From NCBI GenBank assembly GCA_964466155.1, contig CAYXMY010000001.1:427-64426 (forward strand): 64,000 bases of DNA, given 5' to 3'. Position 1 is the stretch's first letter; every line of letters begins with the position of its first letter. Below are positions 47,004 to 55,868 of the stretch, piece after piece. The notes below the pieces were generated by a model. It had not been told where the DNA came from, made no database searches, and worked only from the letters and a program-made list of their open reading frames with translations. Source of the stretch: an uncultured Caenibius sp. GTDB lineage: Bacteria; Pseudomonadota; Alphaproteobacteria; Sphingomonadales; Sphingomonadaceae. Position numbers and translations under genes: made by a program.

Positions 47004-47030
47004 AATCGAACGGTTTGATACCGTTCGATT
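47004..47030. promoter_or_regulatory. Perfect 10-bp inverted repeat (candidate TetR operator) overlapping a TTGACA box
   Basis: aatcgaacgg-tttgata-ccgttcgatt. TTGACA at 46996-47001. Lies between the divergent tandem-TetR gene and the Coq4-like gene. Confidence 0.5.
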
Positions 47031-47224
47031 GCAAGGCCGATGAAGTCAGACGGCAAATGGGCGCGATAGCCAGACCGAACCCCGATATCGCAGGTGGGAA
47101 ACGGTGGCGTTATCGCATATCCTTGCCGCACGGCTGACCGCATCGTTCGACCGGCGCCCCGCGCACAGGCTTTCGGGCCAAGCCGGGCAGCGCCGCGATT
47201 GCGCAAGTTTCGGGAGAGTATTCA

Positions 47225-48076
47225 ATGGCCGATGATATACCTTATCTGTTTCGCGGCGTGATGCCGGTGGAAACGCCCAGCAGCGTGCTGGTGTCGTCTT
47301 CCAAGTATCTCAACAATCCGCGTCTGCGCGAATGGCTGGCGATGATCCTCCTGCGCCGGAACGGGCCGGACATGCCCCCGCCCGCGGAAATGTACGAGTT
47401 CATGAGCATTCTCGACGAACTGCGCGATTATGACCGGATCGAGCAGATGATCGCGGACGAGCGCAAGGTGAACCCAGAATTCGACGCGTGGTTCGCTGAA
47501 GGATTCCATTCCACTTACGCCATCGAAGATTTCAGGCAGTACGATCCCGGCTCGCTCGGCGGTATTTTCTACACCTGGATCACCGAAGGCGATTACGAAA
47601 TCCAGATCACCCCGTGGCAGGAGCCCAAGACCCAGCTTGAATTCTACAATCTGCGCGCCGGGCAAACGCACGATTTCGAGCACATCCTGACTGGCGGCGG
47701 CTTCAATTTCATGGGCGAACTGGTGCCCTACTGGTATCGTCTGACCAACATTTTCAAACACATCAAGGACCCGGAACTGGCGGCCGAACTGTGCACGATC
47801 TACATTTTCGGATCGCTGCGCTACACCGTGCGTACCATCCTCCACTACCCTCAGGTATGGATGACAGCGGTCAAATGTATCGAACAGGGGATGAAAGTGG
47901 GCCAGGCCAGCGATGCCCTGTTCATGAAGAAGCTCGAACCGGCTTTCCACCTGCCGCTGGAAGAAGCGCGGGCGGCACTCGGCGTGCGCGAAGCGGTCTT
48001 CCTCGACACGCATGACGAAGGCATGTTCTGGGCGACGGACGGTAAGCAACAACTTCTACGGGAGGCAGCCGAATAA
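47225..48076 (+). CDS. Coq4-family protein (function unknown in this context)
   Basis: THDFEHILTGGGFNFMGE matches HDxxH-x11-E. Shares SSVL(V/I)SSSKYLNN and LRRNG blocks with 38028..38918. Confidence 0.75.
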   Translation: MADDIPYLFRGVMPVETPSSVLVSSSKYLNNPRLREWLAMILLRRNGPDMPPPAEMYEFMSILDELRDYDRIEQMIADERKVNPEFDAWFAEGFHSTYAIEDFRQYDPGSLGGIFYTWITEGDYEIQITPWQEPKTQLEFYNLRAGQTHDFEHILTGGGFNFMGELVPYWYRLTNIFKHIKDPELAAELCTIYIFGSLRYTVRTILHYPQVWMTAVKCIEQGMKVGQASDALFMKKLEPAFHLPLEEARAALGVREAVFLDTHDEGMFWATDGKQQLLREAAE

Positions 48077-49827
48077 TGACACGGTGCGATATTCTGATCC
48101 GCGGCGGCACGATCGTCGATGGCAGCGGCAATGAACCCTTCGTCGGCGATCTCGCCATCACGGGCGACACCATCGCCTGGATGGGCGCCGCCTATCAGGG
48201 CGAAGCGAATGAAGTGATCGATGCCGCGGGCCTGACCGTCACCCCCGGCTTTGTCGACATCCACACCCACTACGATGGGCAGGCGGCATGGTCGGACGAA
48301 TTGTCCCCCTCCTCCTCCCATGGGGTGACGACAGTCGTCACCGGCAATTGCGGTGTCGGCTTTGCCCCCTGCCGCACCGAAGACCATGACCGGCTGATCC
48401 GGGTGATGGAAGGCGTGGAAGACATTCCCGGCGTCGTCATGGCCGAAGGGCTGGACTGGGCCTGGGAAACTTTCCCCGAATACCTCGATGCCCTGGCCGC
48501 CCGCCCGCGCGATATCGATGTGGCGGCGCTGCTGCCGCACAGCCCCTTGCGCGTCTATGCCATGGGCGAACGCGGGGCCAACCGCGAACCGGCAACGCCG
48601 GACGATATGGACCGGATGTACGATCTGGCGCGTGAAGCGCTGGATGCGGGCGCTATCGGCTTCGCCACTTCGCGCCTGCTGCTTCACCGCACCAAGGCTG
48701 GGGAGAACATCCCCAGCTTCGCCGCGGACGATGCCGAACTCAAAGCCATTACGGCGGCCATGCGCGATACGGGCAAAGGCGTGCTGCAGATGGTGCTCGA
48801 TTCCCCGTTCCAGAGCTGGAGCGACGAACTGGCCCACCTGATCGCGATCGCCGAAAGCTGCGGCCGCCCGGCGACATTCACGCTCGGCACCTCGAACCAT
48901 GGGGAGCCGGTGTTCCGCGATGCCCTGCGCATCGTGGAAGAAGCCAACGCGCGCGGCCTGTCCATCACGCCGCAGATCCTCCCGCGCCCAGTGGGGATGA
49001 TCGGCGGATTCGATCTGTCGACGCATCCGTTCTGCCTGTGCCCCAGCTACATCGCGATTGCCCGGCTGCCGCTGGACGAACAGCTTCCCCATCTGCGCGA
49101 TCCGGAGTTCCGCGCCCGGTTGATTGCCGAACAACCGCAGGAAAACCATTCGCTGGCGATGATGACGCGCAACTGGGACTGGATCTTCCCGTTTGCGGGC
49201 GAGCCCAATTACGAACCCCCGGTAGAAACCAGCGTGGGCGCGCAAGCTCGCGCGCAAGGCCGGACACCGGAAGAGGTGGCCTACGATCTGCTGATGAACG
49301 GCGGCGACGGGCGCGGCATGCTCTACAACGCGCTGGGCAATTACTATCAGGGCAAGTTCGACGCGCTGTACGAACTGATGACGCATCCCGATACGGTGAT
49401 GGGCCTGGGCGATGGCGGCGCGCATTATGCCGCGATCTGCGATGCCAGCTATCCCACCTTCCTGTTGACCTACTGGGTCCGAGATCGGGATGGTCCGCGC
49501 CTCACGCTGCCGCAGGCGGTCCGCGCCTTGACCGCGCGCCCGGCCGAGACAGTCGGCCTTGAAGATCGCGGGCTTCTGGCGCCCGGCTACAAGGCGGATG
49601 TCAACGTGATCGATCCGGCGGGCATGAAACTGCATCTGCCGATGATCCGCCGCGATCTGCCCACCGGTGAGCGCAGGCTCGACCAGGCAGCCACCGGCTA
49701 TGTCGCCACGATCTGTTCCGGCACGGTCATTCGCCGGGGCGACCAGCCGACCGGCGCACGACCGGGCCGTGTGGTCCGTGGCAATCAGGCCGCACCGCAA
49801 GATAACACCGCACTGGAACCGGCCTGA
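48076..49827 (+). CDS. Metallo-dependent amidohydrolase, D-aminoacylase-like
   Basis: 583 aa. LIRGGTIVDGSG...VTPGFVDIHTHYD and GNCGVGFAP motifs. TAATG overlap with the Coq4-like gene. Confidence 0.88.
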   Translation: MTRCDILIRGGTIVDGSGNEPFVGDLAITGDTIAWMGAAYQGEANEVIDAAGLTVTPGFVDIHTHYDGQAAWSDELSPSSSHGVTTVVTGNCGVGFAPCRTEDHDRLIRVMEGVEDIPGVVMAEGLDWAWETFPEYLDALAARPRDIDVAALLPHSPLRVYAMGERGANREPATPDDMDRMYDLAREALDAGAIGFATSRLLLHRTKAGENIPSFAADDAELKAITAAMRDTGKGVLQMVLDSPFQSWSDELAHLIAIAESCGRPATFTLGTSNHGEPVFRDALRIVEEANARGLSITPQILPRPVGMIGGFDLSTHPFCLCPSYIAIARLPLDEQLPHLRDPEFRARLIAEQPQENHSLAMMTRNWDWIFPFAGEPNYEPPVETSVGAQARAQGRTPEEVAYDLLMNGGDGRGMLYNALGNYYQGKFDALYELMTHPDTVMGLGDGGAHYAAICDASYPTFLLTYWVRDRDGPRLTLPQAVRALTARPAETVGLEDRGLLAPGYKADVNVIDPAGMKLHLPMIRRDLPTGERRLDQAATGYVATICSGTVIRRGDQPTGARPGRVVRGNQAAPQDNTALEPA

Positions 49828-49836
49828 GCCTGAAAT

Positions 49837-49877
49837 CCCTTGCGGGGCGGTTTCGCACCGTTCCGCAAGGGTTTTCG
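49837..49877 (+). terminator. Rho-independent terminator
   Basis: cccttgcgg (49837-49845) pairs with ccgcaaggg (49863-49871), followed by ttttcg. Confidence 0.6.
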
Positions 49878-49887
49878 CATGCGGCGA

Positions 49888-50406
49888 TCAGGCCGGTTCG
49901 GGAACGCCCACCGGTACTTCACCGAACGCCACGTATTTCGGGCTGCCATCCTCGCCCACCACTTCGGTGAACATGGATGTCACATAGCTGCGCGTTGCGG
50001 CGATGTGCCAGCGGCCATCCTGCTTGCGATAGATATCCTCGTATTCCACGCCCAGCCGCGTGACCGACCGCGTGGCGAGCAGGATCGTCCGGAAATTGAG
50101 CGACCACTTGCCGGTGGCCGTATCCGGGCCGGTCAGCGCGATTTCGCCGTTGGTGGCATGGTGGATGTCATACACGCCTTCCTGGCAGGCCATCTCCTGA
50201 TAGACCTTGAGAAATGCCTCGCGATCCGTGAAAACGGGGAAATTCTGATATTCGATACGGATCGGACCGGGGAGGAACGTGTCGCGCAGTTCATCCACTT
50301 GCTTGAGATCGCAGCACCGCAGATAGCGGGCCTTGAGTTGGCGGATCGCATCGATATCCTCAAGCGCGGTCAGGCGGACGGCAAGGTCTTCAAGAGTGGC
50401 GGGCAT
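49888..50406 (-). CDS. SnoaL-like / NTF2-fold protein
   Basis: Trimmed to MPATLEDLAVRLTALEDIDAIRQLKARYLRCCD, an N-terminus typical of SnoaL_4/NTF2-like proteins. 172 aa. Confidence 0.75.
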   Translation of the reverse strand: MPATLEDLAVRLTALEDIDAIRQLKARYLRCCDLKQVDELRDTFLPGPIRIEYQNFPVFTDREAFLKVYQEMACQEGVYDIHHATNGEIALTGPDTATGKWSLNFRTILLATRSVTRLGVEYEDIYRKQDGRWHIAATRSYVTSMFTEVVGEDGSPKYVAFGEVPVGVPEPA

Positions 50407-50540
50407 CGTCTTCTCCCATTCGCCGGAATATTCCGGAACAACTGATTTGCACATGAATATCGCGCAATCTTCTACGCATATAAAAGTTCATACTGCATGA
50501 TATTTACCAAATGCGCCACAACCGGGAAACAGGAAACGCG

Positions 50541-51422
50541 ATGAGCCAGTATAACACGATCCGCTACGAAACCGATGACGGCTTGCTGCGGCTGACACTC
50601 AACCGCCCGGACAATCTCAACGCCTTCACGGTCGAAATGGCCGACGAACTGGAAGACGCCTATCGCCGGGCCAATGGCGACGATGCCGTGCGGGCGATTG
50701 TCGTCACCGGGGAAGGCAAGGCGTTCTGCGCGGGGATGGACCTGTCCACCGGCGGCAATGTCTTCGGGCTCGACGAAAGCCAGTCCCCCACGCTGGCGGA
50801 CTTGCAGGAACGGCCGGTGCGAGAGGCGATTGAACGCGGCGTGCGCGATACCGGCGGGCGCGTGGCGCTGGCGATGTACGATTGCCTCAAGCCCATCGTC
50901 GGCGCGATCAACGGCGCGGCGGTGGGCATCGGCGCCACGATGACACTGCCGATGGATTTCCGCCTTGCCTCCGACCGGGCGCGGATCGGCTTCGTCTTCG
51001 GTCGGCTGGGGATCACACCGGAAGCCTGCTCCACCTGGTTCCTGCCGCGCATCGTCGGCATGCAGCAGGCGCTCGAATGGCTGTACAAGGCCGATATCTT
51101 CGATGCTGCCGAAGCGCTGGACAAGGGGCTGGTCCGCTCCGTCCACGCGCCGGACGATCTGGTCGATGCAGCATGCGCGTTCGCCCGCTCGCTGGTGGCC
51201 GACCGCTCGCCTGTCAGCATCGGCTTGATCCGCCAGATGATGATGCACAACCCCGCCCAGCCCCACCCGCGCGCCGCGCATGACGTGGAATCGCTGGCGA
51301 TGTTCTATTCCAGCATCGGCGATGGGAAGGAAGGCGTGCAGGCCTTTCTGGAAAAGCGCGCACCCGCGTTTTCCGGCAAGGCGTCCGCCATGCCGCCATT
51401 CTATCCCTGGCACGAAGACTGA
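50541..51422 (+). CDS. Enoyl-CoA hydratase/isomerase family protein
   Basis: Trimmed to MSQYNTIRYE.... VVTGEGKAFCAGMDL and NGAAVGIGATMTLPMD motifs. Confidence 0.88.
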   Translation: MSQYNTIRYETDDGLLRLTLNRPDNLNAFTVEMADELEDAYRRANGDDAVRAIVVTGEGKAFCAGMDLSTGGNVFGLDESQSPTLADLQERPVREAIERGVRDTGGRVALAMYDCLKPIVGAINGAAVGIGATMTLPMDFRLASDRARIGFVFGRLGITPEACSTWFLPRIVGMQQALEWLYKADIFDAAEALDKGLVRSVHAPDDLVDAACAFARSLVADRSPVSIGLIRQMMMHNPAQPHPRAAHDVESLAMFYSSIGDGKEGVQAFLEKRAPAFSGKASAMPPFYPWHED

Positions 51423-51465
51423 TACACGCTGACGGAAGGCACGACCGCAAGGCCACGCCTGTGGG

Positions 51466-52539
51466 CTAGGCGGGAGTCCGCTGCCGCTGCTCGGTCGCCA
51501 TGCTCCAGACCGCCATGAACAGCGCGGCAATCATCGGCCCGACAATGAACCCGTTGAGGCCGAAGATGCTCAGGCCCGACAGCGTCGCGATCAGGACCAC
51601 GAAATCGGGCATCCGCGTGTCCTTGCCGACGAGAATCGGGCGCAGGAGATTGTCCACCATGCCGATCACGAACAGGCCGCATACCGTCAGGATCACCCCT
51701 TCGGTAACCGAACCCGTCACCAGCAGATAGACCGCCACCGGCACCCACACGGCCCCCGTACCGACCGCCGGAACGAGCGAGAAGAAGCCCATCAGCACGC
51801 CCCACAGCAGCGCGCCCTCTATCCCCAGTGCCCAGAAGATCGTCCCGCCCAGCACGCCCTGCACGATGGCGACAACCACCGTCCCTTTCATCGTGGCGCG
51901 CACCACGACCACGAAATGATGCAGCAGGGCATCGCGTTCGGCACTGCGCAGCGGGATCGCGGGGAGAATCTTGCGCCCCAGGGTATCCCCGTCCCGCAAC
52001 AGGAAGAACGTAAGGTAAAGCATGACACCCAGGGAGGCGACGAACTTGAGCGCCCCCTGCCCGATATTCAGCGCCCGCGTTGCGAGGGCCTGCACCCCGC
52101 TGGCGATACCGCCGCCAAACATATCTCTCAGCGAATCGATATCGCTGATATCAACCGCGTTGACCGCGTGCCGTGCCCAGGCGGGCAGCGAGGCAATGAA
52201 GTGCTGCGCCATCCCGGCGATATCGACCTGTCCGGCTTCGAATTTGGCGTAGATCGACAGCCCTTCCTGCACCAGCGCCGCACCGAGCAGGATGGCAGGC
52301 ACGATAACGAGCGCAACGATCAATAGCAGCGTCAGCCCAGTCGCCAGATTCCTCTTGCCACCAAGCCAGCGGATCATCCGTGAATTGAGCGGATCGAACA
52401 AGATAGCGACCACGACACCCCAGAGGATGGCACCGAAATAGGGCGCGATCAGCAGGGCAAAACCGATGGTGACCAGAATGAGGACGATCAGAAAGCCCCC
52501 GTCTTCCAGCCTGAATTTGCGCGGTTCGCCTCCGTTCAT
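51466..52539 (-). CDS. AI-2E family transporter (PerM/UPF0118)
   Basis: 357 aa, multi-pass membrane protein with an AI-2E-like layout (LLRPILVGKDTRMPDFVVLIATLSG). Confidence 0.88.
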   Translation of the reverse strand: MNGGEPRKFRLEDGGFLIVLILVTIGFALLIAPYFGAILWGVVVAILFDPLNSRMIRWLGGKRNLATGLTLLLIVALVIVPAILLGAALVQEGLSIYAKFEAGQVDIAGMAQHFIASLPAWARHAVNAVDISDIDSLRDMFGGGIASGVQALATRALNIGQGALKFVASLGVMLYLTFFLLRDGDTLGRKILPAIPLRSAERDALLHHFVVVVRATMKGTVVVAIVQGVLGGTIFWALGIEGALLWGVLMGFFSLVPAVGTGAVWVPVAVYLLVTGSVTEGVILTVCGLFVIGMVDNLLRPILVGKDTRMPDFVVLIATLSGLSIFGLNGFIVGPMIAALFMAVWSMATEQRQRTPA

Positions 52540-52624
52540 ATCGTGTGCTTCGCATCAATGCGGCGAAGAATCCATCGTCTATTTGAACGAAGCGAGTCCA
52601 CAACAGGCCGGATATGCCCCCTAG

Positions 52625-53092
52625 TCAGCCCCGCCCGCGATAGTTGGCCACACCCTGACAGGCCACCCACCCCCCTCCGGGGGCGGTGCCGGATTGCCAG
52701 AACACATCGATGGGAATGCCCCCGCGCGGATACCAGTAACCGCCGATACGCAGCCAACGCGGCTGCATCTCGTCGAACAGGCGTTGCCCGATACCGACGG
52801 TCACATCTTCGTGGAATCCATTGTGATTACGAAAGCTTCCCAGAAACAGCTTGAGCGATTTCGATTCGACGATGGTTTCACCGGGCGCATAATCGATCAC
52901 CAGATGGGCAAAATCGGGTTGACCTGTCACCGGGCAAAGCGAAGTGAATTCGGGCGCGGAAAAGCGGATGGTGTATAACGCGCCCACGCGGGGATTGGGC
53001 ACATAGTCCAGCACGGCTTCCTCTGGCGAAGAAGGAAGGTTACTGTGCTGCCCCAAGTGGAGGGGCGCGCCATGCGGTTTGTCGTTGCTCAT
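52625..53092 (-). CDS. queF: NADPH-dependent 7-cyano-7-deazaguanine (preQ0) reductase
   Basis: Trimmed to MSNDKPHG.... Catalytic Cys context [12 protein letters not shown] and QueF motif ESKSLKLFL. Confidence 0.88.
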   Translation of the reverse strand: MSNDKPHGAPLHLGQHSNLPSSPEEAVLDYVPNPRVGALYTIRFSAPEFTSLCPVTGQPDFAHLVIDYAPGETIVESKSLKLFLGSFRNHNGFHEDVTVGIGQRLFDEMQPRWLRIGGYWYPRGGIPIDVFWQSGTAPGGGWVACQGVANYRGRG

Positions 53093-53201
53093 AATCCGCT
53101 GATGCCGCGATCGGGTGCAATGCACAAGATGGCGAATTGACGCGGTGCGTTCATCCGCTATTCAGCGCGCCCTGCGCTTGAGCGCACATAGGTGGCAAGT
53201 C

Positions 53202-54593
53202 ATGATTCCTAAGGCGACACGGATAGCACTGGCGACAACGGCGTTGGCGGCCGCAGTGTCCGCGCACGCCCAGACCACGGGCGAAGGTCTGGAAAACTTC
53301 CGCCTGCGGCCGACCGCCCCCAACATTCAAGGGCCGACAACGCCGGACAACCCGATTATCGAGCGCCCCGCGCCGCAACCGCAGCCAAGCCAGCCCCCAA
53401 AAGCCGCCCCTCCGGTATCCAAGCCGGAAACGCCTAAGGCGGAAACCCCCAAGGCACCGCCTGCCAAGGCCGAGACGGCAAAGACTGCTGCGCCCCGCAC
53501 GAACGAGGCGAAACCTGCCAATGCGTCCAGACAGGAACCTGTCCGTCCGCACACTCCGACAACCGGCCAACCCGCCCCCAAACCGGCAGCAGACGCGAAC
53601 AAACCGGTGGCGGATGCGAAGTCCGGGCAAGTTCCGCCGGCCCCGGCGCCAACCGCACCGCCGGTAGCGGTAAACCCGGCACCGACACCGGCTGCCCCTC
53701 AGCCCACACCGCAAGCAGCGCCTTCGCAACCGCAAGTGGCCCCCGCTCAGCCGGCAGCAGCGGCCCTCCCGCCTTTACCCGGCGAGAGTGCCACGAACGG
53801 CAAGCCGTGGTGGCTTTATCCCGCGCTGGCGCTCCTGCTGCTTTGCATCGTCATTGGGGGCCTGTTGTTCTGGCGCAAACGCCGCGATCAGGCGCAGTTC
53901 GACACCATCATGGCAATCGAACGGCCCCGCCTGCAACCGGCGGAGGGCGGCACAACGCAAGTTCAACCGCCAATCCCCGCACCGGAACCGGAGAGCCTGC
54001 CCGAACCAGCCGCAGCCACCGTTGCGCCGGAGGTTGCAACCGCGCCCGCGGCACCTGCGGCGCAAAAGCCGCCCACGGTCAACGATCATGCATCCCCCCC
54101 GCTGGGGTGCATGCTGGAAACCACCAGCCTCAGCGTTTCGCTGGTCAACGCCACATTGGCGTATCAGGTCACGCTCGCCAACGCATCGAACGAACCGATC
54201 CGCAATCTGGCGATTTTCGGCGATCTCGTGTCCGCCCACGCCTCCGTGCCGATGGACGAGCAACTTGCCGGGCCAGGCGCGGCAAGTGCGCCGCTGCATC
54301 GGTTGCCTGAACTGCCCGCCGGACAGACCATCTCGTTCAACGGCCAGTTGCGCCTGCCGCTCAACGCCATTCGCGCCGTGCGCAGCGAGCAGGCCGTCAT
54401 GTTCATCCCTCTCGCGCGGATGCGGGTCGAGGCGGAGGGACTGCCCAAAGCCGTGATCCAGACGTGCGTGATCGGGCAGAAGCCGAACGGCCCCGGCGCT
54501 GGCCTACGCCCCTTCCGGCTCGATACCGGCCCCCGTATCTATCCCGACATCGGCCAGCGCGCACTGGACGTGCCGACGCCTCAGGCGGCCTGA
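53202..54593 (+). CDS. Secreted or membrane-anchored proline/alanine-rich protein of unknown function
   Basis: Trimmed to MIPKATRIALATTALAAAVSAHAQ (signal peptide). About 200 aa of P/A/K/Q-rich low complexity, one TM helix (WWLYPALALLLLCIVIGGLLFW, followed by RKRRD), and a ~200-aa C-terminal domain. Confidence 0.65.
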   Translation: MIPKATRIALATTALAAAVSAHAQTTGEGLENFRLRPTAPNIQGPTTPDNPIIERPAPQPQPSQPPKAAPPVSKPETPKAETPKAPPAKAETAKTAAPRTNEAKPANASRQEPVRPHTPTTGQPAPKPAADANKPVADAKSGQVPPAPAPTAPPVAVNPAPTPAAPQPTPQAAPSQPQVAPAQPAAAALPPLPGESATNGKPWWLYPALALLLLCIVIGGLLFWRKRRDQAQFDTIMAIERPRLQPAEGGTTQVQPPIPAPEPESLPEPAAATVAPEVATAPAAPAAQKPPTVNDHASPPLGCMLETTSLSVSLVNATLAYQVTLANASNEPIRNLAIFGDLVSAHASVPMDEQLAGPGAASAPLHRLPELPAGQTISFNGQLRLPLNAIRAVRSEQAVMFIPLARMRVEAEGLPKAVIQTCVIGQKPNGPGAGLRPFRLDTGPRIYPDIGQRALDVPTPQAA

Positions 54594-54635
54594 ACCCCCT
54601 CGACCTGCGGTGCCCCCGCCGCTAGGTTTCAGCGG

Positions 54636-55868
54636 GTGAAGAACGACGATCCATTCGCAGACTCGGGCATCGGGACCCGTCTCACCATCGCAGGACGGCG
54701 GCCGGAATGGACCGGCACGCCCGGACACCCCGGCAGCGTAGTCAATCCGCCGGTCTGGCGGGCGAGCACGCACCTCTACTCCGACACCGCCGCCCTTAAG
54801 AAGGGCGCACAGGCCGGGGATGAAAACCGGTTCTACTATGGCCGTCGCGGCGCCCCCACCCAATGGGCGCTGGCCGAAGCTTTGACTCAACTGGAACCTG
54901 GCGCGGCGGGCACCCTGCTCTATCCCAGCGGTGTCGCCGCCATCGCCGGGGCTTTGCTGGCGCTGGTCAAGCCGGGCGACCATCTGTTGATGGCCGACAA
55001 TGTCTATGAACCCAGCCGCAACATCGGGCGCGGGCTTCTTGCCGGTCTCGGTGTGGAGACAGAATTCTTCGACCCGCTCGATACCGACGGCTTCGCGCGG
55101 CTGATCCGGCCCAACACGCGCGCCGCCCTGTTCGAGGCGCCGGGCAGCCTGACGATGGAAGTGCCGGATATTCCGGCTTTCACCGCAATCGCCCGCGACA
55201 AGGGCGTCATCAGCCTGATCGACAACACCTGGGCCAGCCCGCTGGGCTTCCCCGCGTTGGAGCGCGGCTGCGATATCGCGATCATGTCGCTGACGAAACA
55301 TGTCGGCGGCCATTCGGATGTGATGATGGGCAGCGTTGCGGCGGGGAAAGAGCTTTATCCCAGATTGCGCCGCACTTACCTTCAGCTTGGCCATGTCGTC
55401 TCGCCCGACGATGCCGCGCTTGCCTTGCGCGGCCTGCGCACATTGCAGGTCCGGCTGGAACGCTCTTCCGCCAGCGCGCTCATCCTTGCGAAATGGCTCT
55501 CCATCCGGCCCGAAGTCGCACAGGTGCTTTGCCCCATGCTTCCCGGCGCACCGGGGCATGAGACATGGGCCAGCACCTTCAAGGGCGGCTGCGGCCTGTT
55601 CAGTTTCCTGTTCAGGAACACCGACGAGGCTGCGCGGGCACGCTTCATCGACGCTTTGAACCTGTTCGGCATCGGCTATAGCTGGGGCGGTTTCGAAAGC
55701 CTCGTCGTGCCCGTCGACCCGGCAGGGGCTCGCAGCGCCACCCCATGGCCGCCCGCCGGCGTTCCAGCAGAAGGCCGCTTCGGCGTAAGGCTGTCCATCG
55801 GGCTGGAAGAACCCGCCGACCTGATCGCCGATCTCGAACAAGCCTTTGCCCGGATGCGCGAAGGATGA
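54636..55868 (+). CDS. metC: Cystathionine beta-lyase (PLP-dependent, Cys/Met metabolism family)
   Basis: PLP-lysine context MSLTKHVGGHSD. N-terminus and length are typical of MetC. GTG start. Confidence 0.8.
   Translation: MKNDDPFADSGIGTRLTIAGRRPEWTGTPGHPGSVVNPPVWRASTHLYSDTAALKKGAQAGDENRFYYGRRGAPTQWALAEALTQLEPGAAGTLLYPSGVAAIAGALLALVKPGDHLLMADNVYEPSRNIGRGLLAGLGVETEFFDPLDTDGFARLIRPNTRAALFEAPGSLTMEVPDIPAFTAIARDKGVISLIDNTWASPLGFPALERGCDIAIMSLTKHVGGHSDVMMGSVAAGKELYPRLRRTYLQLGHVVSPDDAALALRGLRTLQVRLERSSASALILAKWLSIRPEVAQVLCPMLPGAPGHETWASTFKGGCGLFSFLFRNTDEAARARFIDALNLFGIGYSWGGFESLVVPVDPAGARSATPWPPAGVPAEGRFGVRLSIGLEEPADLIADLEQAFARMREG

Noticed and set aside
53330-53760. Apparent nucleotide-level repetitiveness (ccg/gcc/aag-rich) that might look like a tandem repeat or CRISPR-like array
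   Set aside because: It is the coding sequence for the Pro/Ala/Lys-rich low-complexity segment of ORF 53202..54593. There are no regular repeat-spacer units.
55865-55868. ATGA overlap between metC and the MscS-like gene as a sign of a functional system
   Set aside because: An alternative in-frame ATG at 55874 removes the overlap, and no functional link between the families is known. This is most likely incidental operon packing.
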